This document shows, piece by piece, positions 45,960 through 56,430 of a stretch of 64,000 nt of DNA (the first letter of the stretch is position 1; every line of letters starts with the position of its first letter). Below the pieces are notes generated by a model. That model saw only the letters and a program-made list of their open reading frames with translations, made no database searches and was not told the DNA's origin. This DNA is from Vicinamibacteria bacterium (GTDB lineage Bacteria > Acidobacteriota > Vicinamibacteria > Marinacidobacterales > Marinacidobacteraceae): assembly GCA_963555995.3 (NCBI GenBank), contig OY821641.1:1856001-1920000 (forward strand). The letters run 5' to 3'. A program made the translations under genes and the position numbers.

Positions 45960-48521
45960 CTACTCGCCCACCAGCGCGTTGAAGAGGAGCTTGAAGGTGC
46001 CGTGGGTCTGGGCGCGGTGCTGGGTCCGGAAGCCGATCATCACGATTGTGCCCTCGCCGTGGTCCACCGACACCATGGCGGCCTTGTCGGCGATCGCCTC
46101 CTCGCCGAGGAGCCAGCCGCTCTGCAGGATGTCCCGGCCCGGGTAGGTCAGGACCCGCCGCACGTCGTCGCTGCGCGCCCCGGCAACGGTCTCGTACACC
46201 TGCCCGCCGGCGAGGTAGGCGATGAGCGCATCCTCGGGCATCCCGTAGGCGAACGGGCTGGACGTGTCCACCTTCACCTTGAGCGTGGAGCCCGGCGCCC
46301 AGAACTCGTTGCCCCACCTGCCGGCCACCGCGTCGCGGACCGGAACGTCAAACTCGTCGAGCACGAGCTGTCCCGCCTGGGCGAAGGTCACCAGGGTGCC
46401 CCCGTTCTCGACGAAGGCGTTGAGGGCCTCGACGCCCTCCTCTCCGAATCCGCTCTGGTAGTCGGGCGGGGTCTGGCCGGGGTCCTCCCGGCCGAGCATC
46501 CCCTCCTTCGAGTCCGCGGGGAGGACGATCACGTCCCAGCGCTCGTGCAGGTCGCCGGCGAGGATCTCCGGGTCGAAGAGGCTCGTGTACTCGAAGCCGA
46601 AATCGTCGAGGAGCCAGCGGGTCCAGCCCTCGTCCATGTTGCCGCCGTAGTAGCGCTGGTACATCCCGATGCGCTGCTGCGCCAGGGGCTCCGAGGTGGC
46701 CCCCGCGTCCAGAGCCGCGAAGTCCACCCCGGTCGCCTCGGCGATCTCGCCCAGCGTCGCGACGGACGTTCCCGACGCGACGATGAAGTCCCCGGGCCGC
46801 GCCCCGCGGCCGTCTCCGGTGACGCGGCTGACCGACGCGCCCGCCGCGAAGAGCATGTTGACCGCCCGGAAGGCGTCGTTCAGCGCGCCGTCCACCCGGT
46901 AGCCGTTCGGCGCCGACGCTGCGACCGCTCCCGCGGGCAGCGTCCGCTCGGTGACCACCTCGAGGTCCGCTGCCACCGGCGTCCGCGCTTCGTCCACCCG
47001 CACGCCCATGAACTCGGCGATCACGTCACCGGACATGTCGTAGGGGCGGATCGGGTCGCCGTCGCGGTTCCGGGTGTAGGAGTTGTCCGGGTAGAAGGTC
47101 CGGCCCAGGAGCCAGCGGATCACGCCCTGTTTCGGCTGGGCCATGGAGACCACCCAGCTTCCCGGTCCGTACACCCGGCCCTCGTGCGTGAAACCGGTGG
47201 GCGAATGTTCCACGGTGATCCCCTGGAGGAGGAGCTTGTCCACCATCTTGCCCATGGTCAGCGGGTCGTGCTGGCTCGCCGGCACGATGTACGCCTTCAC
47301 CTCGCCCTCGGCGCCGCGCCGGATCTGGCGGCTGGCCTTGTGCCAGGCGTTCCGGAGCACGATCTCCCGGTTGCGGGCCGCGATCTCGAGTGGGGAGAAG
47401 GTGGCGACGATCTGCCGGTCCACGATGTCGCGCACGTGCCACCAGCCGCCCGGCCAGGGGTTCGGGAAGGTGGTCTGCGCTTCGTACTCCGGGAGCTGCC
47501 GGGAGCCCCGCAACTGGTCCGGATGGACGTAGAGCGGGGTGGCGAAGCGGGCGCTGGCGGACTCGGTGAGCATCCCGGCGATGTTGTGGAAGGGGGTGAT
47601 CCAGTGGAACCCGAAGTGCCCCCAGCCGGAATAGATGGCGGAGTTCACCGTCCCCTCGAAGCCCTCTTCCTCCATGCGGTAGGCCATGTGGGCGCCGTAC
47701 CAGGACATCTCCCGCCAGACGAGCGGGTCCGCGCCCGGGCGGATGGGCTCGGCGTAGGGCGGCAGGTAGATGCGGGCGGTGTAGGCCCCCATCTGGTGGT
47801 GGTCAATGAACCCCTGGGGGATCCAGTCGCGGAACAGCAGCGTGGCCACGTATTGCGACTCGACCGTGTTCTGCATGAAGGCGTCGCGGTTGTTGTCGTG
47901 CCCGATGTAGTGGTGGTAGAGCCCCGGTTGCTGCGCCGCTTCGTATTCCGTACCCACCCAGCGGTCGTACCACTCGTTCACCAGGTCCACGCCGTCCGGA
48001 TTCATCGAGGGGACCAGGATCGAGATGGTGTTGTCGAGGATCTCGTGGATCCGGGGATCGTCGCGGGTGGCGAAACCCCAGACGATCTCCGCCGCCGCCT
48101 GGCTCGCCGCCACCTCGTTCGAGTGGAGCGCATAACCCTGGAGGAAGACCACCTTGCCGTCGGCGATGGCCTGATCCACCTCCGCCTGCGAGTGTCCGCG
48201 CGGGTCCTGGAGGACCGCGTTCATCCGCTGGTAGTCGTCGAGCCGCGCGAGGTTTTCCGGGGAGGAGACGTACAGCACGAGAAACGGACGGCCGAGCGTC
48301 GAAACGCCCACGTTCTCGACCCGGACCCGGTCGCTCTCCGCGCCGATGAGCTCGTAGTACTCGACGAGTTGGTCCCATTTGGCGAGCTTGCGGTCGGCGC
48401 CCATCCGGTGCCCAAAGAACTCCTCGGGGGTCGGGATCTGGGCGGCGGCCTGGGTGGCGAAGGCGCCGAGGACGAGGGCGCCCATGAAGGCGAGGAGGCG
48501 GGGGACGGAACTGGTAGTCAT
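45960..48521 (-). CDS. M14 family zinc carboxypeptidase (paralog of 35095-37719)
   Basis: LHSNE, NPDG, GHDNNRD, DHHQMG, DEGWTRW. Confidence 0.9.
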   Translation of the reverse strand: MTTSSVPRLLAFMGALVLGAFATQAAAQIPTPEEFFGHRMGADRKLAKWDQLVEYYELIGAESDRVRVENVGVSTLGRPFLVLYVSSPENLARLDDYQRMNAVLQDPRGHSQAEVDQAIADGKVVFLQGYALHSNEVAASQAAAEIVWGFATRDDPRIHEILDNTISILVPSMNPDGVDLVNEWYDRWVGTEYEAAQQPGLYHHYIGHDNNRDAFMQNTVESQYVATLLFRDWIPQGFIDHHQMGAYTARIYLPPYAEPIRPGADPLVWREMSWYGAHMAYRMEEEGFEGTVNSAIYSGWGHFGFHWITPFHNIAGMLTESASARFATPLYVHPDQLRGSRQLPEYEAQTTFPNPWPGGWWHVRDIVDRQIVATFSPLEIAARNREIVLRNAWHKASRQIRRGAEGEVKAYIVPASQHDPLTMGKMVDKLLLQGITVEHSPTGFTHEGRVYGPGSWVVSMAQPKQGVIRWLLGRTFYPDNSYTRNRDGDPIRPYDMSGDVIAEFMGVRVDEARTPVAADLEVVTERTLPAGAVAASAPNGYRVDGALNDAFRAVNMLFAAGASVSRVTGDGRGARPGDFIVASGTSVATLGEIAEATGVDFAALDAGATSEPLAQQRIGMYQRYYGGNMDEGWTRWLLDDFGFEYTSLFDPEILAGDLHERWDVIVLPADSKEGMLGREDPGQTPPDYQSGFGEEGVEALNAFVENGGTLVTFAQAGQLVLDEFDVPVRDAVAGRWGNEFWAPGSTLKVKVDTSSPFAYGMPEDALIAYLAGGQVYETVAGARSDDVRRVLTYPGRDILQSGWLLGEEAIADKAAMVSVDHGEGTIVMIGFRTQHRAQTHGTFKLLFNALVGE

Positions 48522-48622
48522 GGCGGGAACGATTGGAAGGGGGTCAGGAGGAAAGAGACGGAACCGGCGGGCCGCCGGGGGGCGAAGAATACCGGCGGGG
48601 TTCCGGAGGCGGCGGAAACGGC

Positions 48623-48799
48623 TGGGAACGCCGCTCTTCAGAGCGGCATCGCCCGTCCGAAGGACGGGCGAAACTCCCGTGATCACGCTGCGGCAGGACG
48701 TAGCGCCGTCTCGTGTGACGTTGCGCCAGACCGCAAGCAGAGCTTGGGAGTTTCGTCCCCCTGCGGGGGACGGTGCCGGTCTGAAGACCGGCGCTCCCG
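48623..48799. repeat. Diverged REPIN-like element
   Basis: GGAACGCCGCTCTTCAGAGCGGCA and the inverted GTGCCGGTCTGAAGACCGGCGCTCC. Confidence 0.75.
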
Positions 48800-48866
48800 G
48801 CCGGCGCTCCCGGCTGGCGCTCCAGGCCGTACGCGTGACCAACAGCGTGGGCCCGGGCGCCCGCGG

Positions 48867-50030
48867 TCAGGCGATGACCAGGGTGCGCGGGTGCTGGTTG
48901 TTCTGCTCGAGGAAGGTCTGCTTGACCTCGAGTTCCTCGGCGGTGGGCTGCCGGTAGCCGTTCGCGTCGGTGGCGCGCGAGGTGACGGTGTGCTCGCCCG
49001 GCGTGGCGCCGTGCCAGTCCCAGGTGAAGAACTTCCATGAGTACTTCTCGGTCATGGCGGGGTCGAGGGTCGCGGGCTGCCACGGACCGTCGTCCACCCG
49101 CACCTCGACCGACTCGATGGGGGTGCCGTCGTGCAGTATCACCCCGAATACCCGGTGGTGGCCGTTCACCTTCGTCACCCGGGCGACGAACGACTTGAGC
49201 CGCATCTTCGTGATCGCGGTCTCGACCCACTTCATCTCGCCGTTGATCATCTCCCCCCGCAGGGTGCGGTACCAGCGCGCCTGGTACTTGCCGAGATAGG
49301 GGTCCTCCTGCACGTGGATCTCGGAGACCCACTTGACGTTCGGCGCGCCGTACCAGCCGGGGACCAGCAGCCGCAGCGGACGGCCCTGGTGGGCGGTCAG
49401 CGGCTCGCCGTTCAGGTCGTAGGCCAGCAGGGGCTCGTCCGAGAGCGCCTGGTCCCGCTCCAGGCTGCGGCCGTACTGCTGCTCCACGGTACTGGTCCGG
49501 CCCCGGAACACCACCTCTTCCTCGCCGCGGTCGGCCCCGAAGAAGACGATTTCGCGGGCGCGGTCCTGGAGGCCCGCCCGCTCGAGGACCGCCCGCAGCG
49601 GGACGCCCGTCCAGCGCCCGTTGCTCGACAGTCCGTTCAGGGGGCCCCGGTTCCCCGAGCACTCGAACCCGAACACCAGCTCCCGGCTGGGCATCGCCCG
49701 CAGATCGCTCAGCGACAGGCTCAGCGTGGAGTTCACCATCCCGGACACCTGCAGCCGGTAGGCGTCCGGATCAATCTCCGGGTGGCCGTAGTGCTGGGTC
49801 GTGAACCACTGGTCGGCGGGCGTGAGCGGCCCTTCGATATGCCGGACATCAATGATGCGGCGGTCCGGCGTCCGCGCCAGCACGATGTTCTCCGGAAGGT
49901 CGGTGAACTCGACGAGTTCCTCACCCTGCGCGAGGGCGGGAAACGCCCATCCCGGCACCCCGAAGGCCCCGAGCCCGGCCAGTGCGACACCGCCCTGGAG
50001 TACTTCGCGACGAGTCGTCTGTTTCGACAT
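48867..50030 (-). CDS. Sulfite oxidase family molybdoenzyme with Tat signal
   Basis: TRREVL, FECSGN, W.GV.L, LNGEPL..HQG.PLRL.VPGWYG..NVKW. Confidence 0.9.
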   Translation of the reverse strand: MSKQTTRREVLQGGVALAGLGAFGVPGWAFPALAQGEELVEFTDLPENIVLARTPDRRIIDVRHIEGPLTPADQWFTTQHYGHPEIDPDAYRLQVSGMVNSTLSLSLSDLRAMPSRELVFGFECSGNRGPLNGLSSNGRWTGVPLRAVLERAGLQDRAREIVFFGADRGEEEVVFRGRTSTVEQQYGRSLERDQALSDEPLLAYDLNGEPLTAHQGRPLRLLVPGWYGAPNVKWVSEIHVQEDPYLGKYQARWYRTLRGEMINGEMKWVETAITKMRLKSFVARVTKVNGHHRVFGVILHDGTPIESVEVRVDDGPWQPATLDPAMTEKYSWKFFTWDWHGATPGEHTVTSRATDANGYRQPTAEELEVKQTFLEQNNQHPRTLVIA

Positions 50031-50131
50031 GACTTTCTTCCCCTTCAGGACGCGGCCCCGTTGTGTTGCGACGAAACCGCCAGGTTGCCTGCTGCTTGTG
50101 GCATTCATGCTACCAGCCGCGAGCGGTCCCC

Positions 50132-51841
50132 TCACTCCCGGACGAACAGGAATCCCCGGGCCCGGCCCGCCGAGAGTTCGAATCCCCGGGCGCGGGCTTC
50201 GCCCGGGTCCGGCAGGAAGCGCACCGTTCCCCGGTCCCAGGCGTAGACCGGCGAGGGTCCCTGCGGATCCTCGAACACCGGCTCCAGCGCCCGCTCCCCA
50301 CCTGACCCCACCAGGGTGAGCCCGGGACGGGCGTCCAGCCGCACTTCGTAGCGCACGTCCAGTTCCCGGCAGCGATAGACGCCGGCGAGCTCGACCATCT
50401 CGGCGAGCGCGGGCTGCGCCGCTTCGCGCGGGTACCCGTCGATGCGGACGTAGCGGAAATCCCGCTGTCCCGGCTGGCGCAGGACGAAACCGTCCGGCCG
50501 TGGCTCCAGCCGCAGCCGGGTGTCTCCGGCGAACCCGGAGAGCTCGCCCCCGACGATGGACAGCGCGGTTTCACCGCCGCCCCGGACCAGCACGGGACCC
50601 TCGTCCTTCCGCTCGATGGCGGCGAGCGACGCCGAGGCGGCCTCCCAGAACCGTCCGGGACGGATCGGGAGTTCCGGGTCGGTCCCCGCCGGGGCGGGGT
50701 CCCGGGCCGGCGCCAGCTCGCCGGCGAGGAACAGGTCGGCCACCCGCCGCGAGAGCGCCCCCGGGTCGGCGCTGGCGGAGTTGCAGAGCACGAAGACCGC
50801 GAACGCCTGCTCCGGGAAGCGGAGCGCGTAGGTGCGGAAGCCGACGAAGCTGCCCCCGTGGGACACCGTGGGGAGTCCCCGGTACTCGCCGAGCCCCAGA
50901 CCGCCCGCGTAGTCCTGCGCCGACCCGTCGTTGAAGCGCCCCGGGGCGGTCAGCCGCCGCAGCAGGTCCGGGCCGAGGGCCGCCGGATCGAGGAACATGC
51001 GTTCCCAGTGCCGGAGTTCGTTCACCGACGTGTAGAGCCCGCCGTCCCCCACCATCTCGAGGGTGGTCATGTCCTCCTCGAACCCGCCTCCCTCCGCCTC
51101 GGGCCGGGGCCGGTACCCGGTCGCCCTTTCCGGCACGATCTCCCGGCGCCGGTCGTGGAAGTGGCTGCCCGTCATGCCCACCGGCGCGAACAGATGCTCC
51201 CCGGCGAACTGCCGCAGCGTCTGCCCGGAGACGCGGGGAATCAGCTCCGCGAGGAGCCAGTAGCCCGAGTTGGAGTAGAGGTACTCGGTCCCCGGATCGA
51301 AGTTCAGCCGCTCGAGCCGGCGGAGCGCCGCGAGCACGTCGGCGTCGGTGTAGTGGGCGTCGTCCCCGAAACCCCGGAGGGACATGACCACGAGGTAGTC
51401 GCGGATCCCGCTCGTGTGGTGCACGAGATGCCGGACCCGGACTGGGTCCGCCCAGTCCGGGAGGTCCGGGAAGTGCTTCCGGAGCGGGTCCTCGAGCGAC
51501 AGCAGCCCCTGGTCCTCGGCCACCAGCACCGCCGCCACCGTGAACTGCTTGGACACCGACGCCATCCGGAAGATGGAATCGGGGGTGAGCGGAATCCCGT
51601 AGTCGAGGTTCGCCATCCCGTAGGCGCCGCGGAACACGAACTCCCCGTTGCGGAGCGCGCCGGCCGCGCAGCCGGGGGAGTCGTCGCGGTCCCACTCGGA
51701 GAAGACGGCGTCGAGCGCCGCCGCAGAAGGCTGGGCGGTGGACGTGAAGGGGAGCGCCAGGACGAACACAAGCCAGACCAGAAAGAAGGAGCCGCGGTTC
51801 AGGAACGTCACGCGGTACACGGTGTTCTGGCTCACGTCCAT
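50132..51841 (-). CDS. Serine hydrolase, beta-lactamase class C-like family
   Basis: ASVSKQF (SxxK), HTSG, YSNSGY, HGG. Confidence 0.9.
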   Translation of the reverse strand: MDVSQNTVYRVTFLNRGSFFLVWLVFVLALPFTSTAQPSAAALDAVFSEWDRDDSPGCAAGALRNGEFVFRGAYGMANLDYGIPLTPDSIFRMASVSKQFTVAAVLVAEDQGLLSLEDPLRKHFPDLPDWADPVRVRHLVHHTSGIRDYLVVMSLRGFGDDAHYTDADVLAALRRLERLNFDPGTEYLYSNSGYWLLAELIPRVSGQTLRQFAGEHLFAPVGMTGSHFHDRRREIVPERATGYRPRPEAEGGGFEEDMTTLEMVGDGGLYTSVNELRHWERMFLDPAALGPDLLRRLTAPGRFNDGSAQDYAGGLGLGEYRGLPTVSHGGSFVGFRTYALRFPEQAFAVFVLCNSASADPGALSRRVADLFLAGELAPARDPAPAGTDPELPIRPGRFWEAASASLAAIERKDEGPVLVRGGGETALSIVGGELSGFAGDTRLRLEPRPDGFVLRQPGQRDFRYVRIDGYPREAAQPALAEMVELAGVYRCRELDVRYEVRLDARPGLTLVGSGGERALEPVFEDPQGPSPVYAWDRGTVRFLPDPGEARARGFELSAGRARGFLFVRE

Positions 51842-51898
51842 GGAAGCGACCGAAGCGGCCCGGATTATCGCACCGGGCCGCCGGTAGAATCCGCGCCC

Positions 51899-53077
51899 TT
51901 GCCGACCCCGGAACCTCCGCCCCGGAACGACCCGCGGCGCTTCGCCACCCGCGCCATCCACGCGGGCCAGCACCCCGATCCGGGCACCGGAGCGGTCGTC
52001 GTCCCGCTCGTCACCTCGGCGACGTTCCTGCAGGAGTCCCCCGGGCAACCTGGGGACTACGAGTACTCGCGGACGGGCAACCCCACGCGGAACGCGCTGG
52101 AGACGAACCTGGCCTCGCTGGAGGGGGGCGCGGGGGCGGTGGCGTGCGCCTCGGGCATGGCCGCCATCGTGATGGCGTTCGAGCTGGTCCCGAGCGGCGG
52201 CCGGGTGGTCGCCACCAGCGACAGCTACGGCGGCACCTACCGGGTCGGCGAGCACGTGCTGCGCCGCCGGGGGCTCGACTTCACCTGGATGGACACGAGC
52301 GACACCGACGCCACCGTCCGGGAGATCGAGGCGGGGGCCGCGATGCTCTTCCTCGAGACGCCGACGAACCCGATGCTCCGCATCGCCGACCTGCGGGCGC
52401 TTTCGGAGGCAGCCCGCGCGCACGGCGCCGCGGTGGTGGTGGACAACACCTTCATGTCCCCGTACTTCCAGCGCCCGCTGGAACTCGGCGCCGACATCGT
52501 GGTCCACTCGTCCACCAAGTACCTGAACGGCCACAGCGACGGCGTGGGCGGGATCCTGGTGGCGCGGGGCGCGGACCACCTGGAGCGCTTCCGCTACCTC
52601 CAGAACGCGGCGGGGGCGATCCTCTCCCCCTTCGACTCCTGGCTCCTCCTGCGCAGTTCCAAGACGCTCGCGCTCCGCATGGAGCGCCATGACGAAAACG
52701 CCCGCCGGATCGCCGCGATGCTGGACGGTCACCGGGAGGTCGCGGCGGTCCACTACCCGGGGCTTCCGGACCATCCCGGACACGACCTCGCCCGCCGCCA
52801 GATGAGCGGCTTCGGGGGGATGCTCTCCTTCGACGTGGGGACCATGGACCGCGCCCGCCGGGTCATGGAGGCGCTGCGGATCTTCCACATCGCGGAGAGC
52901 CTCGGCGGGGTGGAGAGCCTGGCGAACCATCCGGCCACCATGACCCACGCCTCGATCCCCGAGCCGATGCGCCGCGCGATGGGGGTCGGTGACGGGCTGG
53001 TGCGGCTCTCGGTGGGGATCGAGGACGTGGCCGACCTGCTGGGCGACCTCGAGGCCGCGCTGGGGGCGCTCGACTGA
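51899..53077 (+). CDS. Cystathionine gamma-synthase/lyase family PLP enzyme
   Basis: YEYSRTGNPTR, ETPTNP, DNTF, HSSTKYLNGHSD, AESLGGVESL; TTG start inferred. Confidence 0.92.
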   Translation: MPTPEPPPRNDPRRFATRAIHAGQHPDPGTGAVVVPLVTSATFLQESPGQPGDYEYSRTGNPTRNALETNLASLEGGAGAVACASGMAAIVMAFELVPSGGRVVATSDSYGGTYRVGEHVLRRRGLDFTWMDTSDTDATVREIEAGAAMLFLETPTNPMLRIADLRALSEAARAHGAAVVVDNTFMSPYFQRPLELGADIVVHSSTKYLNGHSDGVGGILVARGADHLERFRYLQNAAGAILSPFDSWLLLRSSKTLALRMERHDENARRIAAMLDGHREVAAVHYPGLPDHPGHDLARRQMSGFGGMLSFDVGTMDRARRVMEALRIFHIAESLGGVESLANHPATMTHASIPEPMRRAMGVGDGLVRLSVGIEDVADLLGDLEAALGALD

Positions 53078-53082
53078 GCCCG

Positions 53083-53370
53083 GTGGGAGACGCGACGTCC
53101 CGACGCTTCGTGGTGGCCGGGCTGGTGCAGGGAGTGGGGTTCCGCTGGACCGCCCAGAACGTCGCGCGGGCGCTCGGCATCACGGGCGCCGTGCGCAACC
53201 GGCCCGACGGGAGCGTGGAAATCGAGGCCCACGGCGCCCCGGAGGCCCTCGACGGCCTGGCGCGGGCGCTCCGCACCCGGATGCCCGGCCGGGTGGACTC
53301 CGTCCACGAAGATCGCCTCGAAAGCGCCGGGGAAGGGAGAACGCCCGATGACTTCCGGATCGTCTTCTGA
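53083..53370 (+). CDS. acyP: Acylphosphatase
   Basis: G.VQGVGFR, G.VRN..DGSVE. Confidence 0.92.
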   Translation: MGDATSRRFVVAGLVQGVGFRWTAQNVARALGITGAVRNRPDGSVEIEAHGAPEALDGLARALRTRMPGRVDSVHEDRLESAGEGRTPDDFRIVF

Positions 53371-53905
53371 CGCGGCGCGGGTCGCCCGCCTCAAGGCCCG
53401 CATCCGGGCCGTCCCCGACTTTCCGGAACCCGGGGTCCTGTTCCGGGACATCACCCCGCTGCTCGGCGATCCGGCGGCGTTCGCGGGAGCCGTCGCCGCC
53501 ATGACCGCCCCCTTCGAGGGGTCGCGGATCGCCGCGGTCGCCGCCATCGAGAGCCGCGGCTTCCTCTTCGGCGGCCGGATGGCCCGGCGGCTGGACGCGG
53601 GTCTCGTACCGCTGCGGAAGCCGGGGAAGCTGCCGGCCGCCACGCTTGCCGAGGACTACGCGCTGGAATACGGAACGGCCACCCTGGAGGCGCACCGGGA
53701 CGCGCTCACCGCCGGCCAGCGCGTTCTCGTCGTGGACGACGTGCTCGCCACCGGCGGCACCGCCGAGGCGGCGTTCCGTCTCTGCGGGCGGCTCGGGGCG
53801 GAGGTGGTGGGGTTCTCGTTCCTGCTCGCGCTGCCGCCGCTGGGCGGGCTGGCGCGGCTCGCGGGACTCGGGCCGCCGGTGCGCACCGTCCTGGAGTATC
53901 CGTAG
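53348..53905 (+). CDS. apt: Adenine phosphoribosyltransferase
   Basis: PDFP.PG..FRDITP, ESRGF, RKPGKLP, VDDVLATGGT. Confidence 0.95.
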   Translation: MTSGSSSDAARVARLKARIRAVPDFPEPGVLFRDITPLLGDPAAFAGAVAAMTAPFEGSRIAAVAAIESRGFLFGGRMARRLDAGLVPLRKPGKLPAATLAEDYALEYGTATLEAHRDALTAGQRVLVVDDVLATGGTAEAAFRLCGRLGAEVVGFSFLLALPPLGGLARLAGLGPPVRTVLEYP

Positions 53906-53982
53906 GACTCTCCGGGTCCTCGTCCGGGGAACCGCGGCTCGCGCGGGGTACGATTCCCCCGGGCGTCGTCCGGCGGTCCGAT

Positions 53983-54056
53983 GCGCCTGTAGCTCAGGTG
54001 GAGAGAGCGACGGATTCCTAATCCGTAGGTCGCAGGTTCGAGTCCTGCCAGGCGTA
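53983..54056 (+). tRNA. tRNA-Arg (anticodon CCT), CCA not encoded
   Basis: Acceptor GCGCCTG/CAGGCGT; anticodon arm ACGGA-TTCCTAA-TCCGT; T arm GCAGG-TTCGAGT-CCTGC. Confidence 0.95.
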
Positions 54057-54080
54057 CGCGGCCCCGCGTCCCTCCCCACC

Positions 54081-55676
54081 ATGCGTCATCCACTCCGAGC
54101 GACACCACTCCGGTTCGCCGCCGCCCTCGCCCTCTGCGCCGGGGTCGCCGGCGCCGGCGCCCAGCCCCCGCCGGCCGCTTCGGTCCCCGAGGACCTCCGC
54201 AGCCCGCGCGCCGCCCTCGACACCTTCCTCGGCGGCCAGTTGCGCGCCGAGATTCCCTGGGAGGAGGTCACCGCCACCCTCGACTTCGAGCCGGGCGTCC
54301 CCGCCGAGGCGCGGCAGGAGATCGCCGGACAGCTCAAGTCCGTCCTCGACGGACGGGGCCTCTTCGTGCGGATGGGCTCGGTCCCCGCCGATCCGGAGTA
54401 CGTCGACCCGGACTCGCGCGCCGCCGTCTTCACCCCCTTCCCGATCCGGCTCCCCGCCTTCACGCTCCGCCGCGGCGAGGACGGCGCGTGGCGCATCGCC
54501 GCCGGCGCCGTCCGGGCGGCGGACGAGCTCTACGCGGAGACCTACTCCTGGTACGCCCGCCGCCTGCTGGAGGTGCTGCCCCCGGCCGTCGAGCGGTCCT
54601 TCCTCGGGTTCACGCTCTGGCAGCTCATCGGCCTCGCCATCCTCGCGGCGCTCGCCTGGATCGCGCAGCGGTTGCTCGGGCTCTTCTTCCGCCGTTTCCT
54701 GACCCGCTTCGCCACTCGGCACGCGGGCTGGGCCACCCGCGAACTCGAAGCCGCCGCGCTGCCCGCCTCCTGGCTGGCGTCGGTGTGGATCTTCCGGCGG
54801 TTCCTGGCCGACCTGCGCTTCCCGGTGCTGGTGAACCAGGGGCTCAACATCCTGCTCGACCTCGCCCTGGCGGGGATTGCGGTGTGGTTCGCCTACCGGG
54901 CGATTGACGCGGTCTGCACAAAGCTCGCCGCGGCGGCGGCCAAGACCGAAACCAACGTGGACGACCACCTGGTGCCGCTCGCCCGCACCGCGCTGCGGGT
55001 GGGGTCAGTGGTGCTGGCGTTCCTGCTGATCGCCCAGAGCCAGGGCTACTCCGTGACCACCCTGGTCGCGGGGCTCGGGCTCGGCGGCCTCGCCATCGCC
55101 CTCGCCGCCCAGGACACCCTCGCGAACGTCCTGGGCTCGCTCGCCATCGTCGGCGACCGCCCCTTCCAGGTCGGGGACTGGGTCCTCGTCGAGGGCTACG
55201 AGGGGACCGTGGAGCGCGTCGGGCTGCGCTCCACCCGCGTCCGCACCTTCTACGACTCGGTGGTCAGCGTCCCCAACAGCAAGGTCGTCAACTCCATCGT
55301 GGACAACATGGGGCAGCGGAAGTACCGGCGCATGAAGCACATGCTGGCGCTCCGCTACGACACCGACCCCGACCGCATCCAGGCGTTCGTCGAGGGCGTG
55401 CGGGGGCTCATCCTGAAGAACCCCGCGATGCGCCACGACTACTTCGAGATCCACCTGAACCGCTTCGCGGACTCGTCGGTGGACGTGCTGGTGTACTGCT
55501 TCTTCCGGGTGCCCGACTGGCACGCCGAGCTGACCGAGCGGCACAACTTCCTGCTCTCCATCCTTCGGCTCGCCAGGGAGGTCGGCGTGGAGTTCGCCTT
55601 CCCGACCCGGACGCTGGCGCTCGAACAGACCGCGGACGGCGCGGATTCCCTCCCCGCGGACCCGGCCGCCGACTGA
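54081..55676 (+). CDS. MscS family mechanosensitive channel with periplasmic N-terminal domain
   Basis: AGLGLGGLAIALAAQDTLAN, DRPFQVGD, GLRSTR.RT, EFAFPT. Confidence 0.93.
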   Translation: MRHPLRATPLRFAAALALCAGVAGAGAQPPPAASVPEDLRSPRAALDTFLGGQLRAEIPWEEVTATLDFEPGVPAEARQEIAGQLKSVLDGRGLFVRMGSVPADPEYVDPDSRAAVFTPFPIRLPAFTLRRGEDGAWRIAAGAVRAADELYAETYSWYARRLLEVLPPAVERSFLGFTLWQLIGLAILAALAWIAQRLLGLFFRRFLTRFATRHAGWATRELEAAALPASWLASVWIFRRFLADLRFPVLVNQGLNILLDLALAGIAVWFAYRAIDAVCTKLAAAAAKTETNVDDHLVPLARTALRVGSVVLAFLLIAQSQGYSVTTLVAGLGLGGLAIALAAQDTLANVLGSLAIVGDRPFQVGDWVLVEGYEGTVERVGLRSTRVRTFYDSVVSVPNSKVVNSIVDNMGQRKYRRMKHMLALRYDTDPDRIQAFVEGVRGLILKNPAMRHDYFEIHLNRFADSSVDVLVYCFFRVPDWHAELTERHNFLLSILRLAREVGVEFAFPTRTLALEQTADGADSLPADPAAD

Positions 55677-55697
55677 CGATTGGACCGCCCGGTTCCG

Positions 55698-56390
55698 ATG
55701 ACCGGCGAGAAGCGCTTCGGCCGCTGGGGCCGCGTCGTGGTCGCGGCGGTTCTCGGGTGGATCGCCCTGACGGTCCTGCTCGTGTTGCCCTGGCGCTGGA
55801 TTCCGCCGCCCACCACGGCCTTCATGCTTCGGGAACGGATCGTGGGCGGCGGCGCGCCGCACCACCAGTGGGTTTCCTGGGACCGCATCTCCCCTCACCT
55901 GCCCATCGCGGCGGTGGCCGCCGAGGACCAGAAGTTTCCCGACCACTTCGGCTTCGACTTCGATTCCATCTCCGACGCCCTAGCGGAGAGGCAACGGGGC
56001 GGACGCCTCCGGGGCGCCAGCACGATCTCCCAGCAGGTCGCCAAGAACCTCTACCTGTGGCCCGGCCAGAACCTCGTCCGGAAGGGGCTGGAGGCGTACT
56101 TCACGGTCGCCATCGAGCTCCTGTGGTCCAAGCGCCGTATCCTGGAGGTGTATCTGAACGTCGCCGAGTTCGGCCCCGGCACCTTCGGCGTCCTCGCGGC
56201 GAGCCGGCACGCCTTCCTCCGGGAACCCGGGGACCTGACCCCGCGCCAGGCCGCGACCCTGATCGCGGTGCTGCCGAGCCCCCGACGCATGTCGGCCTCC
56301 AGCCCGTCGGAATACGTGCTGCGCCGGGCCCGCGAGATCCAGCAGGCCGTGGCGCAACTCGGCGGCGCCGCCTACCTCAGCGGTCTCTGA
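55698..56390 (+). CDS. mtgA: Monofunctional peptidoglycan transglycosylase
   Basis: AEDQKF..H.GFD, RGASTISQQVAKNL, RKGLE, K.RILEVYLN. Confidence 0.95.
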   Translation: MTGEKRFGRWGRVVVAAVLGWIALTVLLVLPWRWIPPPTTAFMLRERIVGGGAPHHQWVSWDRISPHLPIAAVAAEDQKFPDHFGFDFDSISDALAERQRGGRLRGASTISQQVAKNLYLWPGQNLVRKGLEAYFTVAIELLWSKRRILEVYLNVAEFGPGTFGVLAASRHAFLREPGDLTPRQAATLIAVLPSPRRMSASSPSEYVLRRAREIQQAVAQLGGAAYLSGL

Positions 56391-56430
56391 ACCGGCGAGC
56401 GGGTTCCGTTGACCCGCCGGACGGCGTGCC

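Noticed and set aside
46002-49040. Very long antisense ORFs (also 2548-5154, 30321-32984, 35455-37878, 62100-63797)
   Set aside because: Shadow ORFs opposite well-supported genes, as expected at this GC content; no recognisable motifs.
50132-51841. Antibiotic-resistance beta-lactamase
   Set aside because: A generic SxxK serine hydrolase with a C-terminal extension; no evidence for beta-lactam specificity.
53983-54056. tRNA-Arg as an island or prophage integration site
   Set aside because: No integrase and no duplicated tRNA 3' end were seen, and the flanks are housekeeping genes.
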